Positions 54,291 through 64,000 of a stretch of DNA of 64,000 nucleotides are shown here, one piece after another. Every line of letters starts with the position of its first letter. Within the stretch, counting starts at the first letter, position 1. The notes beneath the pieces were generated by a model. That model was not told the DNA's origin, did no database searches, and saw only the letters and a program-made list of their open reading frames with translations. Origin of the DNA: Takakia lepidozioides (lineage: Eukaryota > Plantae > Bryophyta); the NCBI GenBank assembly GCA_030704615.1, contig CM060732.1, positions 48,484,001-48,548,000 of the forward strand. The letters are read 5' to 3'. The translations under genes and the position numbers were made by a program.

Positions 54291-57060
54291 ACCCACTCTG
54301 GCCTGGGAAGTCCCCCTTTGTAAGTGGGAGACTATTAACTCCATTCCAGCTTTTAATGACCTTCATCCCACCAGACTTCAGGAAACTGGACTGTAGTCGT
54401 CGGCACTTTGCATTGGCAGCTTATAGGATGAGCAAACACCCATTGTCAGCCAAGAAGTTCCCACAGAACTTGAAGACCCAGGGCCAGTAGCGCTCGTCCC
54501 ATTCATTCCAGGCTGAAGTGACACCTTTCGGTGGAAGATCTGGGACTGGAAGCCCGTCTGGAATGTCCACAACAACGAGCTCGCAGGCAAAGGGTTTTTT
54601 CTCTCCGTTCACCCACGATGGACCTTTCCCAACCTTCACCCCCCAAAGCAATTCAATTGAAATGACATTTGACCACACTGCAAGAACCAAGTGACAAGGA
54701 GGGGAGTGGATAAGGAATGTACCAAAGTGAGGAATGAAGACAATGTCTCCCAAGTTGGGGACTTCTCTTTGACTGTGCCGCCTTTCCTCCTTGATTCCAT
54801 CATGTCCAAGAAGCTTTCGTTGATTGTCTTGTGTTGGTAGCCCGTGGCAACTCCTCTACCAAGGTTAGGTAGGGCCTTGTATGGTTTGTCCGACAGAGCT
54901 AGTTGTGAACCCCTCTGAGCCCCTCCTGCCACAGCAGCCGCTACCTGACCTTGTTCGCCATCTTTCTTTTTGTCCTTCTTCTTTCCACCCTTCTTTTTCG
55001 GGCTCTGATTTACAACTGGTTCCTTTGCTTTGAGAAGCCGGAGATCTCTCAACTGCAGCTGCCTATCTGTCAGAGGAGCAAGAGCCTATGCATTGTCATT
55101 CAAATTTCGCAGGACGTTCTCCTCCCAGGGTGTCGATTGTTTCGGGCAATCAAGGTACCACCCACAGTCTTTGAAATGAGACCTGCTCCAGTCCTCCAGA
55201 ATGCCCGCTGTGTACATTGTTGTGTCGGGATTTGTCTTTGCCCAGCTGTCAATGAAGAATGGGTACGAGCTTAGAAAACCACCTGGAAAAAGTACTCCGT
55301 GGATATATTTGCGAAAACAAAACCAACGAATATCAGGAGAGTTCATAGGAAGACATGATAGCAGGCACCATTCTTTTGTTGTAACACTTAACAAAAAACA
55401 ATCCAAGTGCAGGGTAAATTCATCCTTGCGTCAACAAAATCCTCTTTCCGTTTATGAAACAAGAGTTTGACACTTAAGAAATCCTTTTATAACGTAAGTC
55501 GTGGGCTGCCATCAAACAGGCTTGCGTCAACACAAGCCTCATGTAGACCCGGTAAAAGTCCCGTTGCCTCAAAGTTTTTGCTACAAGGAAAACAATGCAT
55601 AACTGTACTGAAAATTGTCACAACATACCCCTTCCTAATATGTAGTTCAAACTACCAATATATATTCCACACACTAAACAGGCTTGCGTCAATGCAAGCC
55701 TGACCCTAGCCCAAAAACACTCGGGAGAAAGGTAGCCATGAGTAAGAGGGTCCGCAGGCTTGCGTTAACGCAATCCTCAATAGAGAAAGCTATTATCTTT
55801 AAGAACAGCTCACAACATTAAAAAGCATGAAATGAAACCTGTGTATGACTCGCTTCATCGCCTGCTCCCCATTGTACTGCGCATCGAACAAATTCGAACG
55901 GTTAATCCCACCATCAACAGCAAATTCGCGGAAGAACGCATGGTCCCAAACTATCCCTTTCCACCTCCTTATCCAGGTCTCGAATGACTCATCTGGTGTA
56001 GCAACGACTATCTTGAAGTCTATTAGAGATTTCTCCATAACCTCCTCAGCCCTCTCCTCCAACTGCCACTCAAGTAACTTTGTTAGATTTTGCGAAAGCA
56101 CTCAAAGACATTCAAAATAGACATTGAAGACCTGTGAAATTCTTACTTGCGCCCAGAATGTGGCTTTATGAAGCCAGATGTCCCATACTTGGTCACTGAA
56201 AGGGGTGACAACTCCAGTGGTGGAGTTCTTCTCGCCCATGGGAAAACTATTTGCTTGCCGTAGAACAGGCTCAGAGTTCCAAATTTGAAGCCACCGAATT
56301 TTCACTGCTGGCTCCACCATTGCCATGGCAAGCCTGTGCAGCTTCTCTTGTGTCATTTCAGGCTTTGTTGTCTTGCTCCAATGAATGCGAACCTCATCCA
56401 GAAACTGAGGGCCAAGACCGGGATCAGCTATGCGTAGTTGCTTGGTGAACGCAGTCACCACCTTCCCGCGGAATTCGTTTATGTGGAAGGTCATTGCCGC
56501 CTCAATACCGTAGGTAGTGCGTTCACTTTCAGGAGTTTTCCTGTAATATTCCGCTTTTCCCCTCTCTCCCGCATCAGCAATTTCTTGCTATCCAACCCAA
56601 AGGCAATGTTGAAAATTTCAGACTCCAAAATGTGAAATAGGTACCTGAGTCTAAACTTCGCAATGATCCAGGCTTGCGTTGACACAAGCCTGAACATGGG
56701 TACATATGAATGCTTAAAAAATAGCAGTTTGCAGGACTTACCGTGTACATGTACTCCAGGAACGCATCCCTCGTGAGTGTGTACCATGTCTCCGCCCTTT
56801 TGGAGGTCTCGCACTTCTCGAAGGCCTCAGGTGAAAGAATAGTCTTGAAGTTGGATAATGGCATCTGTCCTAGCTTTTGCATCCTGAATAATGTATGCAC
56901 CAGGTTTGTGGTGACATGGGAAGACTCTGTCTGCCTGCACCATCAAGCCGATAGTGAGAAAATGACTTAATGGCAAATAATAGCTTCTGAGGCTGCATCA
57001 GAATTTGGTGGTTGAAGAGAACTTACTTGTTTATATCATGCATGGCTGTTAGTAGCTGTG
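54290..57060 (-). pseudogene. Spliced TE-borne gene ending in an amino(N6A/N4C)-methyltransferase-like fold; 5'-truncated, with stops
   Basis: Exons join as LLTAMHDINK|QTESSHVTTNLVHTLFR... The C-terminal segment CELVVVDIPDGLP..WN..WVFKFCGNFLADNGCLLIL resembles motif IV (DPPY) to motif VI (L..dG.l.i) of beta-class methyltransferases. Confidence 0.45.
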
Positions 57061-57063
57061 TGT

Positions 57064-57545
57064 AGGTTTGGTTCGTGCAAAAGAAAACTTGACACCCACA
57101 CAGGCTCGGATGCAGATTCACACCACCACGATCGGGAGAACTTTTCAATACCACGTGTGCCTGTGCCCCCAACTTTCGTGGGTGCCATCCCCTTTGTGGG
57201 GGAGTCTTCTTTGCCTTCATTCCCTCAGGAGTCTCCAACCACCACAATCCCCGGTGAAGGGGAGAACACGCTGCCGGTAGAGGAGTCAGATTGTACAGAC
57301 GGAATGTGGCATATCGAACGGACTCCCTATGGATCAAAAGTCAAATGTGCCGCTATTAGGGCCCCCTCGTTCCAGAAGTGCAAGTCCCAAATTTCCAAAG
57401 TGACTTGCAGAACTGCTGCCCCGATGTTCACCGGGTTGTTCAAACATTACCAGTCGCGGGAGTCTAGGCCTCACAAGTTTTGGTTCTACCCGGATGACAT
57501 TATGCGCTGTGTCATGGGGATTGTTCGGGAATTTGTGATAATGAA
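57064..57545 (+). pseudogene. Internal fragment of a paralog of the 62485-63753 protein
   Basis: RFGSCKRKLDTHTGSDADSHHHDRENFSIPRV..WHIERT..APMFTGLF aligns by eye with RFGSCKRKLNTPPGSDADSHRADRDNFSIPRV..WYIERT..APTFTGLF. Confidence 0.85.
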
Positions 57546-57589
57546 GCAAGGTCTGATCTTCTCTTCTCTGCTCCAGCAAGGTCTGGTCG

Positions 57590-57860
57590 GGAAATGTTTG
57601 CTCTGATATGGTCTGGTGTGTCTGGTCTGGTCTGGTATCCTCTGGTCTTCTGGGGTATGGTCTATTGTGCACTCGGATCGTCTGGAGTCCTTCGCTCTGG
57701 TGTGGTGTGGTGTGGTGTGGTGTGGTATGGTATGGTCTTCTGTGGTCTGCTCTTGTCTTGTCTGATGTGGGGTGGTCTGGTCTTGTCTGGTCTTGTCGGG
57801 TCTGCTGTGGTGTGCTCTGGCCTGCACTGGTCTGCCCAGGTCTGCTTTCCACCGCAGCGG
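57590..57860. repeat. Pentamer array (TGGTC/TGTGG/GTCTG)n
   Basis: TCTGGTCTGGTCTGG, TGTGGTGTGGTGTGG and similar runs. Confidence 0.9.
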
Positions 57861-57903
57861 TCTGCTTTGGGAAGGTGATGGGTGCCCGCTGATATGGAAA
57901 GGT

Positions 57904-58846
57904 CTACTCATTTCCGGTGTTGTGGAAGTTGTTATCTGGAAAGGTCTGCATAACCAAGGTCTCCCCGGTAATTTCGGGTAAGGTGTGCAATGCCTCCACG
58001 AAAGTCTGTTTTGGCAAGGACAAGTTTTTGTCACCCACATTGTCTGGCTTGGGAGTACTGGCAATCCAGTCAGGGGTCTGCTGCTCCTTGTTCTCCGTAA
58101 TCAAGGTCTGATGGTTCGCATGTCGGTACTTGGGATTTCGCGGGAAAGGGTCTGCTCGCTCCACGGTCTGCTCGTTGCGGTCCTGCTGGGTCTCCATGGG
58201 AGTTGGGTTCTGTGTGTCTGCTATTGTACGAACTCCAATGAGCCTGCACTTAATGGGTGACTCGACTCCAGTATGGCCACGGAGGGCTTTTAGAAGCTGC
58301 CTTGCGCCATTGGCGTACTGGTCAAGAGCATTCCGAACAAACTCGTCCTCTGGATCATACTCTGCAACATGTCGCAAACACGTAAAAACAAAGCACTCAT
58401 CCCTGGTCTGCTAACAAATGGAGGAATATATGGGGGTTTGATGCTTAACGTGGTCTGCTTCAGAACGTCTGTTGGTTGTCATGGTTCATAAAGTCTGCTA
58501 GAAGATTTGCGTTCGTGGTCAACGACAAGGTCTGTAGTAAAAGGTCTGTTAGGTCTGATGACATACCATGATCTAGGACTGTGGTCCACAACCCAATATC
58601 TTTCATCAGCCGATCCATGAAGGCCTTGTCAAGCTCTCCCAGAGCTGCAACACGGTCCTCTGCTGGAAACCCGCTCCAAAGCACTTGGAAAGCATGTCGT
58701 TTGTTGAATGCAATGTCAAAAACCACACGCTCCTGCACAGTCACAAACCACATCATGGCGTCTTGCGTGATACTTTCCCGAGCCTCTTCGCTTCCATGCA
58801 GCAGGTCCATCAGCAGGGAGAGCAGCTGCAGCGTGAGCGCGCTCAC
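57904..58846 (-). CDS. Hypothetical two-exon TE accessory protein
   Basis: ORFs 58460-58846 and 57904-58377 give protein-like helical sequence. Plausible intron from GTATGT (~58566) to TTGCAG (~58362). No recognised domain; start uncertain. Confidence 0.35.
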
Positions 58847-59499
58847 GCTTAGCGCACTAAGTGTGAGCAGATTCCCTTAAGTGTGAGCAGAAAGTGGAAC
58901 TGGAGCGTATAACTGTGGAAGAAGCAGGACCTATTGTCGTTGACGCTAACTTATGCCTATTGGAGGTTTACATGCCATGATGGGACCGAAGGTGCCGACC
59001 TCCATGCCAGAAAATGTGGAATGAATGTGTACGAAGAACTTCTCGATGAAGTAAGCAAGTATGAATGGGTTCAAGGAAATGGATGAATGAAGGATAGATG
59101 TTGGATGACAAATGGTGGATGAATGTAGCACGAATGAGTTTAATATAATAGCTTGTAAGAAAACATTCATGACATTCATTATTTTCATAACAGTCATGGA
59201 CTATCATCTCATTCATTCATCTCATAGAAAGTGAATACATAAGGCAATTCTGCAAAACAATCAGTAATCTCATTCAAGAAAGTGTTCCCATTATCCAGCA
59301 CTAAGCCAGATACAAGTCGACCTGGTTGGAACACAAATATGCATCGAAAAACAACATTGAGAAGAAATCCTCATTGCAAAACAACATTGATCTCATTCAA
59401 AAATGCATCCTTGAAGCAAACGTACTCATCTCCAAAGTCCGATACACCCAGATTTGAGTAACAATGACAAGGACGGCAAACGGGTAGAGTTGTAATGCA

Positions 59500-60600
59500 A
59501 ACCCAGACTACATGTCAATTTCTACCCGAAGTATCTCGCTATAGCAGTGTGTGAACGTCGCTGGGTCCAATCGTACATTGGTGAATGTACGTATCTCGTT
59601 TTGGATCGCAAAACATTCTCCGAATATAGATGTAGTACAAATGCTTGCACGGGACAAATTTTACTCTCTTGCCAAGAGAACTTGAGAGCGTGTTCTGAAA
59701 GTCCGGACAAGTGCAATTAGGGAAATCGCCAATAGTAATCTCATAGGTCCGGTCATGAACAACTGATCCAGAGGTCGCCATGGTGTACACCCGCCCATAC
59801 CCTGGCAAGGGAACATTCACAATTTGGGTGACGCAACAGTGCACGGTTCTAGCAGACTCCATCTTGCACTCATTGTCTACACCGGCCTCAACCAAACGTA
59901 CCGCTTTTCCATCCCTTTTTGTGGGCCTATCATTGCCATGTCCAGGACGTGCCGTAAAGTTGGAAGGGAAAGACATTGGGTCAATTGGTGTTACGACAGG
60001 AGGGGCTCTCGGAAGGCGAAACCCGGCCTCCTCCAGCATGTCAATCTCCAGTTTGGAGAGTGCGATTCCTGGTACATTGCTTGACAAATGCACCGCAAAA
60101 GTGCATCGCGATGCAGGTACGGACTCCGACACCTCACCATTCCAACATCAGCAGACCTTGCCAGTGCAGGACACCAGACCATCTGAAGACCTGACGATAA
60201 CCCAGGAAGCAACGCCGATCCTCCCTGGCACTTACGAGTTGCCGAAAATGAGAGGAGCAATTCATTTCCCCCCACTGCAACATCTGCTGAGAAGCAGAGA
60301 ATGGTAGTGGACTTTATTCTTGCCACCAGACCTTTTGACACAGCACAACCTGAACAGAACCGAGAAGGCATTAGTGCTCATTTATCCATAGTACAGACCA
60401 ATTTTGCAATTGCAACTATAGACTATGACTGTGACAGTTTGGTCGGTGACCTTCCCCATCTGTTAGAGGGCGGGTCCCACTACTGCAATGAGGATGAGCA
60501 ATCTGTGGGCCCATTTGGGCCGCTTTATATTGAAAAATGTGACCCCGAATCGTTCTGTAGACCCCACTAACTGCATGTGACAATCCGTTGATAGTGTGCT
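59500..60600 (-). pseudogene. Diverged paralog of the SWIM-domain transposase C-terminus
   Basis: YEITIGDFPNCTCPDF..VPCKHLYYIY (SWIM CxC..CxH) and EIDMLEEAGF. Upstream frames contain stops. Confidence 0.8.
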
Positions 60601-61982
60601 TCCGCAAGGGTTCGACCCAACCTACCATTCATCAGACTTGCGAAACCCGATGCACAAGGTTTCTGTCCCTTCTCATTACTTTGGAACCGGTCAATTTATT
60701 CGAATGAGTGTTCACCTAGAAGTCGACAGAGACATGGAGTGGGCACAATTGCAGACAACCCACACCCCACAAAGGTCTGATTCCATTTGGCATTTTGTCT
60801 CCCATTGTTTTTTTCCAGTGCATTTGTGTGGTCTGCTGATGTTTTTGTGGTCGCTTCTATTCGTGTGACTGTTCTGAGTCTCACAAGTCTCAGCGTTGTG
60901 GTCCGCACAGGGGCCAGGAGCTGGGGGTGGACCAGCTAGATAAGCGCGCACGGGGTGCTGGAGGGGTGGTCGAGCAGTTCGACCATGTAGTGCAGGAAGA
61001 ACTCTAGAACGGGACCACAGAGTGTTAATAAACCCCAGGACAAATCTTTTGCGCAGCCGAGCTAGCCAGCTCCGGAGGGTATGAAGAGACGGCTGTTGCA
61101 TTGGAAAAGAAGTTGGAGAACCGGCTTCACCCAATAGAGCTGGGAGAAGCGCATACCAGATGGCTGGTCGACCCGAGGCTAAAACAATTTCCCCCAAAAA
61201 AGGCGTTGCAAAAAACCCGAAGTCCGGAGTATACATGAGTGCTGACCAGAAGGTATGCTTCGAAGTGGAGAGCAAAGTTGCGGAGCTCCGTAACAAACAC
61301 AAGTAAGTGTCGATGGTCTGCTTGCGATGCTCTGAACACACCAACTCCATGGGTCTGCAGCAAAAAGGTTGTATGGGTCTGCTTCATGGGTCTGCTGGGT
61401 CTGATGGGTCTGATGTGGCTGTCATTCGTCCGCTCCATTGGCCTGCTCCATTGGTCTGGTCCTTGGGTCTGGTACCGTATCCGTTGTAGGTCTGGTCATT
61501 CTGCTGTGGTCCTTCTGGGTCCGCCAGCCCGGTTCTGTCGTGGTCTATCTTCTTAAAGGCTTTTTCCGAGTTTGTGCAGGTTCACTGCCCGATTTGGCTC
61601 CACTTTCAACGCACATATCTCTGAGGGAAAAGCAATGCTGTACTTTTTTGAAAATGACCCACAGTTTGAGTGCAGTATTGCTACCGAGGACCTCAAAGCC
61701 CTAGAGAAACAAGAAGGCTACAGACAGATTGCTTGAGTTGTGGTGTAGGTTTTATCAGAAAGATCTGGATGTCAAGACATATAGTGATGTTGCTATTTTG
61801 CCGACGTGGGTTTGGAGTGTAGTGAAGATTCACTGAAGTGCAGGTCAGGAATGGGTTCGCTCGCAGGTGGAGCACGGATTGACAGTGCATCGTATGGGGA
61901 AGGACCTGAAGACCTGCAAGTACATACTGGTACCAATAGTTGATGGGTAAGTGTTCTACGTTCGTGCGTCAACGACGCTACT

Positions 61983-62215
61983 GCGTGAGCATGAGCGTGA
62001 GCGTGCGCTCACGCTATGCTGACATGGCGCGAGCGTAGGGGACCAGCAGCTGATGTGGCGTGAGCGTGACGTGGCATGAGCGTGAGCGTGCGCTCACGCT
62101 ATGCTGACATGGCGCGAGCGTAGGGGACCAGCAGCTGATGTGGCGTGAGCGTGGGCTCACGCTGACATGGCGTGAGCGTGACATGGCATGAGCGTGCTGA
62201 CATGGCAGTGAACAA
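61983..62215. repeat. Tandem 85-bp units built on the palindrome AGCGTGAGCG(T)GCGCTCACGCT
   Basis: Units start at 61989 and 62074, plus a degenerate third. The related perfect palindrome AGCGTGAGCGCGCTCACGCT lies at 58830-58849. Confidence 0.9.
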
Positions 62216-62484
62216 CATGATGTGGCAGTCCACATGTCCACGTGGGATTTGGCCTACGTGGCGGATGCCATGTCAACAAAAACATGTAGCGCCTATAGCC
62301 GAGGGACCTATTGCTATGGCATTCATTCAGGGTAAATAGAATACGAAAACACCGGAAATGGGAAACCGGAAACATGTCGACGCATGCTTATCCATCCTAT
62401 TTATTTTGCATTGATCACACTATTAAAATGGCACACATTAATCCTCAGTCGTGGAAGTTGCATTGGACGAAAGTCAGCTTCTTC

Positions 62485-64000
62485 CTATGTGCTTCTAACC
62501 CGCTGCATAAGTGTATTCACCTCGTTGAAACTCATGGTGGCCTGGTGAATGAAGATGTCGCGTTTGGGATCACAAATCATTCTGTTCAGGAAGATAAAAT
62601 AAAGATGCTTGCAAGGTACAAATTTGCCTCTCTTTCCCAAACTTGTTGAAAGCATGCCAACAAAATCAGGACAGGTGCAGTTGGGGAAATTTGAAACTGT
62701 GATGTCGTAGAATCTGTCATGGATAGCAGATGTAGAGGTCATCATAGTGTAGATCCGACCATACCCGTGATCTGCAACTTCCGTAGTGCCTGCAACACGT
62801 CCTAGAAGCATTCGAGCAGATTCCACCTTGCCGAAGTGCTCGGCAGTTGGAGGGAAACGATGTACTACCTTCCCAGTTCTTTTTGTTGGCCATGAATCTG
62901 GGTTGGCTGGTGGCACTCTAGAACTTCGTGAAGTGGAAGCACTTGCACGCACAGAGGCTTCTTGCTGAAAGGAGAACCCTGCCTCCTCCAACATTGCAAT
63001 CTCCTGACTTGTGAGATTTGTCCCCACCTTGACAGGCCAAACGCTCGGTGGAGGAGGCTTCATGACCACTGATGGTCGCACAGTCCCACGCACGCACCTA
63101 CCACAGTTGTCAACACATAACCAAAAAATTCGATTTTTTGCTTCTGGCTGCTCGTAAGGCTGGAACAAACCGGTGAAGGTCGGTGCCGGAGTGAAGGCAC
63201 TGCCTCTGGATATGAAGGACTTGCACTTCTCACAATTGGTGGCTCTGATTGCGGAGCACTTCACTCGAGACCCAGCTCTGGTGCGTTCTATGTACCACAC
63301 TTCGTCAGAGCAGGTGGAGTCCACCACAGGCGAGAGCACGCTGGACTCATTGACAGTGGGAGATGCTGGCGTGCTTTGTGAGAAACGTTGCTCCGCACTG
63401 GATATTCCAGAGACGAACCTCTCATGCAATGGAACACGCGGAATGGAGAAGTTGTCCCTGTCCGCCCTGTGCGAGTCTGCATCCGACCCAGGAGGGGTGT
63501 TCAATTTCCGTTTACAGGAGCCGAATCTCTCCTCGCCCTCCAGATGGGGAACTCTGGACACCAGAGGAGTTCCCTCCGCACACATGCTGACAGCTCTGGC
63601 AATTTTGTTTGGATCCCCTGATCTTTTTGCAGCTCGCAACATCAACTCAGACTTGTCAGGGCCTTTGCCACCAACGCCACCCCTCAAGAAATCGCGATAT
63701 CTCGTTTGTTGCTGCAGAGCTCGGATGAGATCATCTGCCGTCGCCAGATACAAATCCCACCCCCGCTTTCCAGACTACTGCAACCACGCATTGTGCACTG
63801 TCTCCGCTAGATTGCAAGAGGGCATGTCCGCCATCTCCTCAATTGACAAGTGCTGCAGAAAGGGCAAACACACATGAGAACAAGCAGGTGCACCCCACGA
63901 CAACAGACATGATTGGAAATGCATACAGAGCCAATGAGAATTCATGATCTGAAATTCAGATACCGTTGTCATGCATGCTCCCCATTGTCTGTACCGGAAG
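62485..64000 (-). pseudogene. Putative DDE (MULE-like) transposase with C-terminal SWIM zinc finger; one in-frame stop; 5' part outside the window
   Basis: FRYRQWG|intron|..CNLAETVHNAWLQ*SGK (N.aE..h resembles the catalytic Glu motif), then a 422-aa ORF ending YDITVSNFPNCTCPDF..VPCKHLYFIF. Confidence 0.6.

Larger units (their letters stand above)
50434..64000. mobile_element. Rearranged multi-gene DNA-transposon complex (MULE-like/unclassified), running off the window
   Basis: GC-rich terminal-like region at 50490-50830, three homologous transposase/SWIM segments, accessory ORFs, pervasive CAGAC/GTCTG motifs and palindromic tandem repeats at 61983-62215. It may be more than one element. Confidence 0.6.

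Noticed and set aside
57334-57981. ORFs over the pentamer array
   Set aside because: Simple-repeat translations.

Overview
Eukaryotic nuclear DNA from a non-seed land plant, most likely a bryophyte; this is inferred from PLS-class PPR genes, spliceosomal introns and a Tcn1-like chromovirus. The window has three zones. (1) 1-25 kb is mostly decayed transposons and pseudogenes: a palindromic repeat array, two TSD-flanked copies of a tRNA-derived SINE, PPR pseudogenes (one preceded by OSB-type PDF motifs that were also tandemly amplified), a Ty3/gypsy chromovirus split by a CACTA insertion and then rearranged by a ~4.8 kb inversion, and a full-length Ty1/copia element with near-identical LTRs. 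(2) 25-48.5 kb holds host genes: a decayed PI4K-like atypical kinase, an apparently intact nucleotidylyltransferase gene with an intronic LINE fragment, and a divergently transcribed 18-exon urease gene. (3) 50.4-64 kb is a scrambled multi-gene DNA-transposon complex. It carries three diverged copies of a putative DDE transposase with a C-terminal SWIM finger, a spliced gene ending in an amino-methyltransferase-like fold, a Zn-finger ORF, an orphan gene, dense CAGAC/GTCTG motif arrays and palindromes. The best candidates for something undescribed are this transposon complex (possible methyltransferase plus motif arrays) and the PDF-PPR fusion. All assignments were made by eye, without database searches.
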